Source: an uncultured bacterium (GTDB lineage Bacteria > Muiribacteriota > Ozemobacteria > Ozemobacterales > Ozemobacteraceae). From it: a DNA stretch of 64,000 nt. The stretch's first letter is position 1; each line of letters opens with the position of its first letter. This document shows, in pieces, positions 36,620-46,838 of this stretch. The notes under the pieces were generated by a model that was not told where the DNA came from, did no database searches, and saw nothing but the letters and a program-made list of their open reading frames with translations. The translations under genes and the position numbers were made by a program. The DNA is taken from positions 28,593-92,592 of the forward strand of contig CAMJNS010000002.1 in NCBI GenBank assembly GCA_946407375.1, read 5' to 3'.

Positions 36620-37867
36620 CTATTCTGAAGCTAGTTTTTTTACTGTGCGGTAGAGCAGTTCAGTGCCTTTCTGAATGTCTTCGTAATCTGTCCATTCTTC
36701 AGGAACATGGCTGCGACCTCCACGGCTAGGAACAAATATCATTGCGACATCGCAAATAGAGCCCATTACCATTGCATCGTGAGCAGCACCAGAAAGCATA
36801 CGTCTGGTAGAGATACCTGCTTTGGCTGCTTCGCTTTCCATAAGGTTTTTAATCTTTTCGTTCATTAAGACTTCTTTCATTGAAATTTTCTCTTTTATTT
36901 CATAACTCAAGCCTTGGTTTTGGGCACAGCTTGCATCAAGAGACTTTTTTACAACATTGAGCACTTTGTCTACATTTTCGAGGCTACGACTACGACAATC
37001 AATTTGGAAATGGGTTTTGTTTGTAACAATGTTGAACGCACCAGGTTTCACATCAATATATCCACAGGTAAAGACGGTATTTTCTCCAATTTCAAGAGCT
37101 TTTTCTGTTCCAGCACAAACAGCTTTAGCACTGGCTAGGAAAGAATCAGCTCTCATTGTGAGCGGTGTGTTTCCGGCATGATCAGACCGACCATTAACAA
37201 ATACGTCAAATATGCGCAAACCAGCTACAGAGTCTACTATGCCGATATTAATCTTTTCGTTTTCAAGAATTGGCCCCTGCTCAATATGAAGTTCAATAAA
37301 AGCCTTAATGCTACCAGGTTTTCTAATAGCTTCGCCTGCTTTTGATGGGTCTAATCCGTATTCTTTCATCGCCTGAGCAAATGAAATACCATTTTCATCT
37401 TTATATATATTTAGCTCGTCATCTTGAATTTTGCCACACATTGCTCGGCTTCCAAAAAGTCCTTTGCCGAAGCGAGCACCTTCCTCTTCTGGAAGTGCAA
37501 CAAATTCAATATTACGTTCAGGAACGAAGCCTTCTTCTTTCATCACTCTTGCAACTTCGAGTGCTGCGACAGTACCTGCCATACCGTCGAAACGTCCGCC
37601 AGTCTTTACTGTGTCAAAGTGGCTTCCTGTCATTATTATTGGCTTAGAAGAATCTTTGCCTTCAAGAATGCCAATTATGATTCCAACAGGGTCTTCGTAA
37701 ACCTTGAGTCCAGAATTCTTCATTTCTGACATTATGTAATCTCTAGCACAGCACCATTCTTTTGTATATGTGAATCTTGTGCAGCCTATTCCCTTAACAC
37801 AACTGAACTTTGCTAGTTCTTCAATATCTCGTTGAATTCTATCTATACGAATCCTGTTGTCAGACAT
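36620..37867 (-). CDS. M20-family Zn-dependent amidohydrolase (allantoate amidohydrolase / N-carbamoyl-amino-acid hydrolase type)
   Basis: IIMTGSHFDTVKTGGRFDGMAGTVAALE, ELHIEQGP, SGAAHDAM motifs. 415 aa. Confidence 0.8.
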   Translation of the reverse strand: MSDNRIRIDRIQRDIEELAKFSCVKGIGCTRFTYTKEWCCARDYIMSEMKNSGLKVYEDPVGIIIGILEGKDSSKPIIMTGSHFDTVKTGGRFDGMAGTVAALEVARVMKEEGFVPERNIEFVALPEEEGARFGKGLFGSRAMCGKIQDDELNIYKDENGISFAQAMKEYGLDPSKAGEAIRKPGSIKAFIELHIEQGPILENEKINIGIVDSVAGLRIFDVFVNGRSDHAGNTPLTMRADSFLASAKAVCAGTEKALEIGENTVFTCGYIDVKPGAFNIVTNKTHFQIDCRSRSLENVDKVLNVVKKSLDASCAQNQGLSYEIKEKISMKEVLMNEKIKNLMESEAAKAGISTRRMLSGAAHDAMVMGSICDVAMIFVPSRGGRSHVPEEWTDYEDIQKGTELLYRTVKKLASE

Positions 37868-37880
37868 TTTATAATTCTCC

Positions 37881-38084
37881 TTATGTTTTCTCGAAGGAAA
37901 CAGTCTGTTCCTTCATCGAAATCTTACCAACTTTGAAACCATAATCTAGTAATTCTTTCTTATACTTTAAAAATGAGTGGTCTATTAGCAAGCCAGCAAT
38001 ACTTTCGATTTCAGCGTATGTCAGCTTAAAATTATCTGTTTTATTTTCTTTTATCCATTTCCACAATGGGTCGTATTTGCTCAT
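37881..38084 (-). CDS. Small hypothetical protein
   Basis: 67-aa ORF tightly packed (1 nt) behind the CAT-like gene. Family not recognised. Confidence 0.4.
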   Translation of the reverse strand: MSKYDPLWKWIKENKTDNFKLTYAEIESIAGLLIDHSFLKYKKELLDYGFKVGKISMKEQTVSFEKT

Positions 38085-38085
38085 T

Positions 38086-38709
38086 TTATTTTAACCTTTT
38101 TATTTCATGTTGTAGATTTGCGAGGAATTTTCCTGCGTGGGCACCATCCATTTGTGTGTGATGGAATTGGAAGGAAATAGGCAAATAATACCAGAATAAT
38201 TTTCTTTTATATTTTCCCCAAATCATAAAGGGATTATTGAATATTCCGCTATTCATGCCAACCGCACCATCAATTTCTGTATCAATAATTGCTGAGGTTC
38301 CAATTACCATAGAGTCAGCAGATAAATCTCTATCAATACAGCTTTCTGCGACAGATGCTGTATATTTCAGGTAATCTTGATTGAATTTATTTAAATCTTC
38401 ATAAAAAAGAATATCGCAGGAACTTACTTCCCCTGTTTTATTCTTTACAATAGTATTTACCGCAATACTGTTGTATTTTATAAGCTTTTCGCCAACAGGA
38501 AGAACATAAAATTCCTTTATAATTGATGCGGCTTTTCCTATGCAATAATCAAGAAGCATATTAAATTTAAGATGTCTTCGTTTGCTGATTCTAACCAAAT
38601 TTGTAACATCAATAGTTTTGAAAAATGTTACCATCGGGTTAGGAGCTTTCATCCAGAGTTCATATGCTTTAGCTCGTGTGGTGTCTTTGGGGTTGATTTC
38701 TTTTGCCAT
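38086..38709 (-). CDS. cat: Type A chloramphenicol O-acetyltransferase-like protein
   Basis: 207 aa. Catalytic region SFQFHHTQMDGAHAGKFL corresponds to the CAT HHxxxDG motif. Confidence 0.8.
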   Translation of the reverse strand: MAKEINPKDTTRAKAYELWMKAPNPMVTFFKTIDVTNLVRISKRRHLKFNMLLDYCIGKAASIIKEFYVLPVGEKLIKYNSIAVNTIVKNKTGEVSSCDILFYEDLNKFNQDYLKYTASVAESCIDRDLSADSMVIGTSAIIDTEIDGAVGMNSGIFNNPFMIWGKYKRKLFWYYLPISFQFHHTQMDGAHAGKFLANLQHEIKRLK

Positions 38710-38720
38710 GACTAATTTGA

Positions 38721-39269
38721 TTACCCAATGAATTTCAGAAACTTGTCAGCCTGGTCGTAGAGTTTGGCTTTATCTTCTTCGGGAAGAGAAATAACGTTGC
38801 TCTGCCAAGCTTCAGGATTTACTGTAAAACCGTTGGTTTCTTCCATAACATTCATTTTCATAAAGCCTAATAATTCTTTGAGTTTTTCTCTAACACCAGC
38901 AGTAGCAAACTTTCCGCCTATACCGCTAATTGTAACTTTTTTATCTAAAACAGCGGTTCCGCTTGCAAAATCGTTTGCTTTATAAGGTCTGGAAAGCCAA
39001 TCTAATAAATTCTTCAAAACTCCTGGATAGCTGTAATTATATTCAGGTGTGAAAATCCAGATTCCATCAGCTTCATTTACTTCTGCTCTAACTCTAGCTA
39101 CAGCTTCAGGGGTTGGAAATTCAATATCCTGATTCATATATGGCAAGTCGGAATAAGCTAATTCTTTTATTTCTGCTTTTCCATCAAGTTTTTCTTTTAC
39201 AATTTCAGACATTTGTCTATTGAAAGACTGTTTACGCATAGAACCAATAATAAATAATATTTTTTTCAT
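38721..39269 (-). CDS. NAD(P)H-dependent FMN reductase family oxidoreductase
   Basis: MKKILFIIGSMRKQSFNRQM flavodoxin-like N-terminus, IFTPEYNYSYPGVLKNLLDW. Confidence 0.75.
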   Translation of the reverse strand: MKKILFIIGSMRKQSFNRQMSEIVKEKLDGKAEIKELAYSDLPYMNQDIEFPTPEAVARVRAEVNEADGIWIFTPEYNYSYPGVLKNLLDWLSRPYKANDFASGTAVLDKKVTISGIGGKFATAGVREKLKELLGFMKMNVMEETNGFTVNPEAWQSNVISLPEEDKAKLYDQADKFLKFIG

Positions 39270-39360
39270 AATATTTCCTTTTTCTTAAATCTTATAAAAT
39301 TATATCATTTATAAATATAAAAACATAAATTTTGCCACTTTTAGCAAACACTTTAACAAT

Positions 39361-39458
39361 CTGGATCGCCACGGTTCTTTCAGAACCTCGCGATGACGTT
39401 AATATCCTCTGAATTCAGTTATATCCGTCATTGCGAGCGATAGCGAAGCAATCCAGAA
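39361..39458. repeat. Long imperfect palindrome of the CGTCATTGCGAG / GCAATCCAG module family
   Basis: CTGGATCGCCACGGTTCTTTCAGAACCTCGCGATGACG ...spacer... CGTCATTGCGAGCGATAGCGAAGCAATCCAG. Confidence 0.7.
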
Positions 39459-39622
39459 AAAATAGAAATCATAAATTTAGCTTAATCTAATTTGTGAATA
39501 AACTTAGTTTTTAAACGCACCCCCCATAAAAGACATTAGTTTGCCCTATAATATTATTAAATCAATAGTTTATTTGGTATTTATATGCTAGAATAAACAA
39601 AATAAATATATAGGAGATTTTT

Positions 39623-40183
39623 ATGTTAACAGTATACGGTGGAATGATTATTGTTATGATGTTATTTATGTTTTTTTTCGCAATATATTTAACTAGCAGA
39701 TTTCGACGTTGCCCTGCAGATAAAATTTTAGTAATTTTTGGAAGTGGTATTGGTAATAATCGATCTGTAAAATGTATACACGGTGGTGGTGCTTTTGTTT
39801 TGCCGTTATTTCAAGATTATTCTTATTTGAGCCTTACTCCTATGAATATTAATATTTCCACACAAAACGTTTTATCTAAAGATAAAATAAAAAATAATAT
39901 TTCTTCTATATTTACTGTAGCTATTAGTACCGATGAAAATATTATGTATAATGCTGCTGAAAGACTTCTTAATCTTTCAATAAAAGATATTGAAGACTTA
40001 GCAAAAGAAATAATTATTGGAAGTTTACGTTTAATTCTAGCTTCTTTTACAATAGAAGAAATAAACCAAGATAGTGAAAAATTCTTTGAAACTATGAAAG
40101 AAAATATAGAACCAGAACTAAATAAAATAGGTTTAAAGATAATAAATATAGATATAAATAATATAAAACCAGTTGATAATTAA
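39623..40183 (+). CDS. Truncated flotillin/SPFH paralogue (N-terminal 186 aa only)
   Basis: Aligns residue for residue with the N-terminus of 42746-44302 (RRCP.DKILVIFGS.IG.NRS.KCIHGGGAF...AAERLLNLSIKDIEDLAKEII). Stops where the coiled-coil region of the full-length copy begins. Confidence 0.6.
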   Translation: MLTVYGGMIIVMMLFMFFFAIYLTSRFRRCPADKILVIFGSGIGNNRSVKCIHGGGAFVLPLFQDYSYLSLTPMNINISTQNVLSKDKIKNNISSIFTVAISTDENIMYNAAERLLNLSIKDIEDLAKEIIIGSLRLILASFTIEEINQDSEKFFETMKENIEPELNKIGLKIINIDINNIKPVDN

Positions 40184-40210
40184 TAAATAATTATCCTAAA
40201 AAAAAATAAT

Positions 40211-40789
40211 ATGTGTGGCCGTTTTTTTTGGAAAAAGAAGAAATGTAAAGAAGTGAAAGAAGAATTAAATATTTCTGATTTTTCAGAAGAAGCTTCTTTA
40301 GATGGAGACATTAATCCTGGTGAATCTCCATTGATTTTAATATCAGATAATAAAAAAAATATAAAAGCAATCAATATGTTTTGGGGATTTCCAAGCCAAG
40401 ACAAAAAATTGATTATTAATGCTAGAACAGAAAGTGTATTAGATAAGAATTTATTTTACGATGGAATAAGGAAGCAAAGATGCATTATTCCTGCATTATC
40501 ATTTTATGAATGGGATAAAGACAAAATTAAAGTTACTTTTTCAGAAAAAAACAATAAAATTCTTTATTTAGCAGGTTTTTATTTAATAAAAAACAACAAT
40601 AGCTATTTTGTAATTCTGACTACAAAAGCCAATAATTCTGTAATCAATACTCATCATAGAATGCCATTATTCTTTGAAGCAAAAAAAGTAAAAGAATGGA
40701 TTAATGGAAATAATATAGAAGAATATTTGAGTTTACAAATGCCTGAACTAATTAGTAGTCAAAGTTATAAGCAATTAAGCTTCTGGTAA
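40211..40789 (+). CDS. SOS response-associated peptidase (SRAP/YedK family)
   Basis: N-terminal MCGRF (catalytic Cys2), INARTES, RCIIPALSFYEW, THHRMPLF. Confidence 0.85.
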   Translation: MCGRFFWKKKKCKEVKEELNISDFSEEASLDGDINPGESPLILISDNKKNIKAINMFWGFPSQDKKLIINARTESVLDKNLFYDGIRKQRCIIPALSFYEWDKDKIKVTFSEKNNKILYLAGFYLIKNNNSYFVILTTKANNSVINTHHRMPLFFEAKKVKEWINGNNIEEYLSLQMPELISSQSYKQLSFW

Positions 40790-40903
40790 AAAATACTCAT
40801 TTTTCAGCAAATTTCAAATTTTCGCACACCATCTCATAATGACTAATCTTGCAAACTAGGTTTTATACTAATAAGAAACTTAACGTATAAACTTTTACAT
40901 TGT

Positions 40904-41170
40904 TTACTCTAGAACATAATTTTTAACAAACACAGCGTCAGAAAATGGACTACATATTCCTCTTTGAGACAAAGATTCTGTTGAAAGTGTTGAACCAAGC
41001 CACTTTCCATCTGTTGTTAAAATAGCAGATTTATATTCTTCGTTTCCCTTTAATTTAGGAAGAACTGATAAAATTCGTTTTTTGGAATCTTCATCAATAG
41101 TTTGAAGATTTACCATTATTTCACATTTGTTCATTCCAACAAATTCATTTGCACCGATATGAATAAGCAT
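40904..41170 (-). CDS. Small protein, possibly DUF370/RemA-like
   Basis: 88 aa. Loose resemblance to RemA (IHIG.N.....N....I.......KR......AILTTDG...STLSTESLSQR). A weak call. Confidence 0.35.
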   Translation of the reverse strand: MLIHIGANEFVGMNKCEIMVNLQTIDEDSKKRILSVLPKLKGNEEYKSAILTTDGKWLGSTLSTESLSQRGICSPFSDAVFVKNYVLE

Positions 41171-41352
41171 TTTTTTCTCTATATATTTGATTTTATTCTA
41201 TTCTAAATGTTTATCCACAGCTTTTCAACTTTAAATATTTGTTTATTCTAAACTAAAAATTTTTATGTCTTTGGTTTTAGGCTCTTGATTTACAGCTATA
41301 TATTATATTAAAATATTCAAACAATATTCTATATTAAAAGAAGTGAAAAAAA

Positions 41353-42540
41353 ATGAATTCAAAACTTAATTCACCTATTGCTCCTTGGCCTTATTTTGCA
41401 GAAGATGAAAAACAAGCTTCTTTAGAAGTTTTAAATAGCGGTAAAGTAAATTACTGGACAGGCACTGTTTGTCGAGATTTTGAAAAAGAATTTGCTTCTT
41501 ATGCTGGTAGAAAATACGGTATAGCTTTAGCTAATGGAAGCTTAGCATTAGAATTAGCATTAATAGCCTACGATATTGGTCCAGGTGATGAAGTAATAGT
41601 TACTTGTCGCAGTTTTATGGCCTCTGCAAGTTGTATAATAATGCGTGGTGCTACACCTGTTTTTGCAGATATTGATTTAGATTCACAAGATATTTTACCT
41701 GAATCAATCGAAAAGAAAATCACTTCTAAAACAAAAGCTATTATTTGTGTTCATTTAGCTGGCTGGCCATGCGATATGGACAAAATTAATAGTATAGCTA
41801 AAAAGCATAACCTAAAAGTTATAGAAGACTGTGCTCAAGCTCATGGAGCAAAATATAACAACAAACCTGTCGGATCTTTAGGTGATGTAGCAGCATTCAG
41901 CTTTTGCCAAGACAAGATTATGACTTGTGGCGGTGAAGGTGGTATGTTTGTATGTGATGATGAAGAAATATACAAAAAATGCTGGTCTTATACAGAACAT
42001 GGAAAAAGCCTCGATGCATTGGCTAGAACAGATCACCCGATTGGTTTTCATTGGCTTATAGAAAGCTTTGGTACAAATTGGCGTATGACTGAAATGCAAG
42101 CCGCTATAGGTCATTATCAACTTCAAAAACTCAATAAATGGGTTGAAACACGAAGAGCTAATGCATTTAAATTAACCAAGGCTTTAAAAGATATAAAATC
42201 AATACGCATTCCTGAACCAAATAGTAATATTTACCATTCTTATTACAAATACTACATTATGGTTATTCCTGAAATGCTAAAAGAAGGATATGATAGAAAT
42301 AGAATTTTGACAGAAATTTGTTCAACAGGTTTATCTTGTGGAGTCGGAGCCTGTGGAGAACTCTATCAAGAAAAAGCTTTCAAAAAATACTTTAACACAG
42401 AAAATCCTGAAAGATTTCCAAATGCTGTTAAAGTTGCAGACACATCTCTAATGTTCCAGGTTCATCCTACATTAACAGAACAAAATATTGATGATGCAAT
42501 CAATATAATTAGAGAAGTGTTATTACAAGCAACAAAATAA
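41353..42540 (+). CDS. DegT/DnrJ/EryC1/StrS family PLP-dependent sugar aminotransferase
   Basis: ALANGSLALELA, EDCAQAHGA, AFSFCQDKIMTCGGEGGMF (Schiff-base Lys region). Confidence 0.85.
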   Translation: MNSKLNSPIAPWPYFAEDEKQASLEVLNSGKVNYWTGTVCRDFEKEFASYAGRKYGIALANGSLALELALIAYDIGPGDEVIVTCRSFMASASCIIMRGATPVFADIDLDSQDILPESIEKKITSKTKAIICVHLAGWPCDMDKINSIAKKHNLKVIEDCAQAHGAKYNNKPVGSLGDVAAFSFCQDKIMTCGGEGGMFVCDDEEIYKKCWSYTEHGKSLDALARTDHPIGFHWLIESFGTNWRMTEMQAAIGHYQLQKLNKWVETRRANAFKLTKALKDIKSIRIPEPNSNIYHSYYKYYIMVIPEMLKEGYDRNRILTEICSTGLSCGVGACGELYQEKAFKKYFNTENPERFPNAVKVADTSLMFQVHPTLTEQNIDDAINIIREVLLQATK

Positions 42541-42564
42541 CATTTTTTAACTAATATATTTATA

Positions 42565-42599
42565 AAGACCGTGGGAAACAAACCCCATGGTCTTTTTTT
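42565..42599 (+). terminator. Rho-independent terminator
   Basis: AAGACCGTGGG / CCCATGGTCTT stem (one G-U), followed by T7. Confidence 0.6.
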
Positions 42600-42745
42600 C
42601 TTTTTGAAATCTTTACTATCATAAAAAATAAATATTAAGCAGAAATTTCGATGAGTAAATAATAAAAAAAGAAAATGTATGTTTATTTTCTTCATATTAT
42701 GGTAAGATAAATTAGGTCAAATAAAAAAAGGAGAATATTCATAAT

Positions 42746-44302
42746 ATGGCTGCTTATATGGGAATTATAGGTTTAGGAGTATTTTGTATATTAATTGTTG
42801 TCATTTATATGACAGGAAGATATAGACGCTGTCCATCAGATAAAATTCTTGTTATTTTCGGTAGTGCTATTGGTGGTAATCGCTCTGCAAAATGTATACA
42901 TGGTGGTGGTGCTTTTGTAATGCCTTTATATCAGGATTATTCTTACTTAAGCTTGACACCAATGACAATCAATATTCCTTTGCAAAATGCTCTTTCTCAA
43001 CAGAACATTCGTATTAATGTTCCTGCAACATTCACTGTTGGTATCAGCACAGATGAAGCAATTATGAACAATGCAGCAGAAAGATTGCTTAATCTTTCTA
43101 TTAAAGACATTGAAGATCTTGCTAAAGAAATAATTTTCGGGCAATTACGTCTTACAGTAGCTTCTTTAACAATTGAAGAAATCAACCAAGACCGTGAAAG
43201 ATTCTTGGAAGCTGTTAGAAAAAACGTTGAACCAGAACTTAATAAGATAGGTTTAAAACTTATCAACGTTAACGTTACAGATATTACAGATGCTGCAAAC
43301 TACATCGAAAGTATTGGTAAAAAAGCAGCTGCTGAAGCTGTTGAACGTGCAAAGATCGATGTTGCTGAACAAGTAAAACTTGGTGCTATAGGTGAATCAT
43401 CCGCTAATAAGGAAAAAGCTATTGAAGTAGCTAAGAACCAAGCAGAAGCAGATAAAGGTCAAAAAGAAGCTGATGCTGACCGTCGTATATTCGTACAGAA
43501 TAAAGAAGCTGAAGCAGTTATCGGTGAATCTGCAGCAAATAGCCGCAAGGTTATAGAAGTTTCTAAGAGAAATGCTGAAGCAGAAAAAGGTCAAAAAGAA
43601 GCTGACGCTGACCGCCGTATTTACATACAGCAAAAAGAAGCAGAAGCTATCGAAGGTGAAAACAAATCTAAGGCTTTAATTATTCAATCTAATTCACAAC
43701 TTTTAATTGCTCAAGCAGAAGCAGAAAAGAATGCTGAAATAGCTAGAAGAAACAGCCAGACAGAAATTAACAAAGCTCAGTATTATGCTGAATTAGAACG
43801 TTTGAAAGCAGAAGAAATCGTTACAAAAGAAATTGAAAAGCATAAAATCGAACTTGATGCTCAAGCTGAAGCTGCTAGAATAAGCACTAAAGCTCAAGGT
43901 GAAGCTGATGCACTTTTAAAGAAATATCAAGCAAAAGCAGAAGGTATCAAAAAAGTTCTTGAAGCTAAAGCTAACGGTTATCAAGAACTCCTTAAGAGTG
44001 TTAATGGCGATGCAAAAGCTTTGTCTACATTACTTATGGTTGAAAAGATTGAAACAATTGTTGCTAAACAAGTTGAAGCTATCCAGAATCTTAAAATTGA
44101 TAAGATTACTGTTTGGGATACTGGTAAAGAAAATGGAACAACAACTTCTAACTTCGTTTCAAATATTGCAAAAGCTTTACCACCATTAAAAGATATAGCT
44201 GGTATGGCTGGTGTTGAAATACCTAATTATTTAGGTCATATAGAAGAAAATAAAGAAGTTGAAGCAGCTCCTTTACCAGCTTCAGCTCCAAAAAGAAAAT
44301 AA
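42746..44302 (+). CDS. Flotillin family (SPFH domain) membrane-scaffold protein
   Basis: N-terminal TM helix, SPFH domain, long A/E/K-rich flotillin coiled coil. 518 aa. Confidence 0.85.
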   Translation: MAAYMGIIGLGVFCILIVVIYMTGRYRRCPSDKILVIFGSAIGGNRSAKCIHGGGAFVMPLYQDYSYLSLTPMTINIPLQNALSQQNIRINVPATFTVGISTDEAIMNNAAERLLNLSIKDIEDLAKEIIFGQLRLTVASLTIEEINQDRERFLEAVRKNVEPELNKIGLKLINVNVTDITDAANYIESIGKKAAAEAVERAKIDVAEQVKLGAIGESSANKEKAIEVAKNQAEADKGQKEADADRRIFVQNKEAEAVIGESAANSRKVIEVSKRNAEAEKGQKEADADRRIYIQQKEAEAIEGENKSKALIIQSNSQLLIAQAEAEKNAEIARRNSQTEINKAQYYAELERLKAEEIVTKEIEKHKIELDAQAEAARISTKAQGEADALLKKYQAKAEGIKKVLEAKANGYQELLKSVNGDAKALSTLLMVEKIETIVAKQVEAIQNLKIDKITVWDTGKENGTTTSNFVSNIAKALPPLKDIAGMAGVEIPNYLGHIEENKEVEAAPLPASAPKRK

Positions 44303-44320
44303 TTAGTTCTTAAATAATCT

Positions 44321-44359
44321 AAAAAACAAGCATACAAAAAAAGTATGCTTGTTTTTTTG
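44321..44359 (+). terminator. Rho-independent terminator
   Basis: ACAAGCATAC / GTATGCTTGT 10-bp stem, A7 loop, T7 tail. Confidence 0.75.
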
Positions 44360-44472
44360 CATAAAAAGCTGTCAAAAACTAGATAAGGCAAACATAAAAA
44401 GAAAATACTTTTCTAGAATGCCTAACTATTACTTATAGAGGCTGTTCTAAAACTAATTTTAAAGCCTAAAAA

Positions 44473-46782
44473 TTAACTTAATTTTATTCCACGTAATCTG
44501 AGTGCGTTAGTAACAACAGTTACAGAACTAAGACTCATGGCAAAAGCAGCAAACATAGGGCTAAGTTTCCAACCTAATAAAGAATAAAAAAGACCTGCCG
44601 CCAAAGGAATACCTATAATATTATAAAAGAACGCCCAAAATAGATTTTGTTTTATATTTCTAACTACAGATTTACTTAATATATAAGCTTTTGAAACATC
44701 TTTTAAATCATTCTTAATTAACACTATGTCAGCAGATTCTATAGCTATATCTGTTCCTGCACCTATAGCTATACCAACATCAGCTCTAACTAAAGCCGGA
44801 GCATCATTTATTCCATCACCAACCATAGCAACTTTTTCACCAGAATTCTGAAGTTTTTGTATTTCTGAATCTTTGTCTTGAGGCAAAACTTCGGCAATAG
44901 CCTTATCTATTCCAAGTTTGTTTTTTATACTTTCAGCTATAAAAGAATTATCACCAGTAAGCATCATAACCTTAAGACCATTTTTCTTTAATTCTTCTAT
45001 AGCCTTAAAACTACTTTCTTTTATTGGATCTGCAACAGCAATAATTCCCATTGGAGTGTAACCAGAAGCAGATGAACCTGTAGCAAAAAACAATGGCGTT
45101 TTTCCTTCTTCTGCAAGTTTTTTTCCTTCGTCTTCAAAAATAGCAACAGAAGTGCAATTTTCTCTCATAAATGCTAGGTTACCAGCCAATACAGTTCTAC
45201 CAACAACAGTTCCTCTAACACCTCTTCCCGGTATTGCTTCAAAATCTTCTACAGGGAAAAAATCAATACTTTCTTTTTCTGCTTTATCTACAATTGCTGT
45301 TCCAAGAGGATGTTCTGATTTCTTTTCTAAAGAAGCAGCAGCACAAAAAAGATTTTCTTTGCTAACCAATTTAAAAGGAATAATATCAGTAACAACAGGC
45401 TTGCCTTCTGTAATAGTGCCTGTTTTATCAAGAACTACAGTTGTAACAGATTGAGTATTTTCTAACGCTGCAGCTGATTTTATTAAAATACCATTCTGAG
45501 CAGCTTTACCAGTTCCAACCATTATAGCAACAGGGGTTGCAAGCCCAAGAGCACAAGGGCAGGATATTACAAGAACAGAAATAGCTACAGATAATGCAAA
45601 ATCAAAAGTCTGACCAACACAAAGCCAAATAATCGCTGTTAAAACAGCTATTATAATAACAGTTGGAACAAATATTCCACTCACTTTATCTGCTAATCTT
45701 GCTATTGGAGCTTTAGTTGATGCAGCAGTTTCAACTAGTTCAACTATTTTTGCCACAGTTGTTTCGTTACCTACTTTAGATGCTTTGAATTTTATAAAAC
45801 CATTTTTATTTATTGTTCCAGCCGCAACACTATCTCCAACACTTTTTTCTACAGGTAGACTTTCACCCGTTAATGCGGATTGGTCAATAGAAGTATTTCC
45901 TTCTGTAATAACGCCATCGACAGGAATGCTCATTCCAGGTTTAACAATAAGAGTATCGCCAACTATAACTTGTTCTGCAGGTATTTCTATTTCATTGCCA
46001 TTTCTTTCAACAATAGCTGTTTTGGGTGCAAGATTCATTAACATCGCTATTGCTTCTGAAGTCTTACCTTTAGAACGTGCTTCTAAAAATTTACCTAAAG
46101 TTATAAGAGTAAGTATAGTAGCAGCAGATTCAAAATACAGGTTTGAAACATATTCTTTAACTAACTCTAAATTATTGTGCCCTAAACCATAGCTTATCTT
46201 AAACATAGCAAAACAGCCATAAACTAAAGCAGCTGTAGAACCTGTCATAATAAGAGCATCCATATTGGGAGCTTTTCTTAAAAAGCTTTTAGTTCCGTTT
46301 ATAAAATATTTTTGATTAATAAAAACAATTGGCAAGGTTAATAAAAATTGAATCAAAGCAAACGACATCGCGTTTTCTACACCACATAACCATTCTGGTA
46401 ATGGCAAACTAACCATATGCCCCATAGAAACCCAATATAAAGGAATAAGAAAAGCAAAAGAAAATATAATACGCTTTTTCATAGTTGCTATTTCGTTAGC
46501 AACTACATCATTAGAATCTTTTTTAGTTGTTTGATTATTGTTCTCTGTCTTAACAACTTCTTTTTTTGGCTCTTCTGCCACAGAAGCACCATAATCAGCT
46601 TCTACTACAGCAGATATTATAGCTTCATCGTTGGTCTTGTTCTCATCATAATCTACCAACATAGAATTAGATAGAAGATTGACGTTAACATCTTTTACAC
46701 CATCAATTTTTCTAACAACTTTATCTACATAGGCAGAACAAGCTGAACAACTCATTCCAGTTACATTATATTTTCTTTGCAT
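44473..46782 (-). CDS. copA: Copper-translocating P1B-type ATPase
   Basis: N-terminal GMSCSACSAYV metal-binding domain, CPC motif (SCPCALGLATP), DKTGTIT, GDGINDAP. Confidence 0.9.
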   Translation of the reverse strand: MQRKYNVTGMSCSACSAYVDKVVRKIDGVKDVNVNLLSNSMLVDYDENKTNDEAIISAVVEADYGASVAEEPKKEVVKTENNNQTTKKDSNDVVANEIATMKKRIIFSFAFLIPLYWVSMGHMVSLPLPEWLCGVENAMSFALIQFLLTLPIVFINQKYFINGTKSFLRKAPNMDALIMTGSTAALVYGCFAMFKISYGLGHNNLELVKEYVSNLYFESAATILTLITLGKFLEARSKGKTSEAIAMLMNLAPKTAIVERNGNEIEIPAEQVIVGDTLIVKPGMSIPVDGVITEGNTSIDQSALTGESLPVEKSVGDSVAAGTINKNGFIKFKASKVGNETTVAKIVELVETAASTKAPIARLADKVSGIFVPTVIIIAVLTAIIWLCVGQTFDFALSVAISVLVISCPCALGLATPVAIMVGTGKAAQNGILIKSAAALENTQSVTTVVLDKTGTITEGKPVVTDIIPFKLVSKENLFCAAASLEKKSEHPLGTAIVDKAEKESIDFFPVEDFEAIPGRGVRGTVVGRTVLAGNLAFMRENCTSVAIFEDEGKKLAEEGKTPLFFATGSSASGYTPMGIIAVADPIKESSFKAIEELKKNGLKVMMLTGDNSFIAESIKNKLGIDKAIAEVLPQDKDSEIQKLQNSGEKVAMVGDGINDAPALVRADVGIAIGAGTDIAIESADIVLIKNDLKDVSKAYILSKSVVRNIKQNLFWAFFYNIIGIPLAAGLFYSLLGWKLSPMFAAFAMSLSSVTVVTNALRLRGIKLS

Positions 46783-46798
46783 AATTATAATCCAATAA

Positions 46799-46838
46799 AA
46801 AACCTGATTGGGCTATAGTATAACCAAATCAGGTTTTT
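46799..46838 (-). terminator. Hairpin between the 760-aa gene and copA (terminator and/or operator)
   Basis: AAACCTGATT / AATCAGGTTT 10-bp stem with a 16-nt loop. On the minus strand it is followed by T6. The loop contains TATACT, and TTTACA lies just upstream on the minus strand. Confidence 0.5.

Noticed and set aside
40180-40404. 74-aa minus-strand ORF overlapping the SRAP gene start
   Set aside because: It is antisense to a confidently identified SRAP gene (MCGRF...). It has low-complexity F/I/S-rich composition.
42462-42695. 77-aa minus-strand ORF in the DegT 3' end and intergenic region
   Set aside because: It overlaps the DegT C-terminus and its terminator, has AT-rich low-complexity composition, and lacks an RBS.
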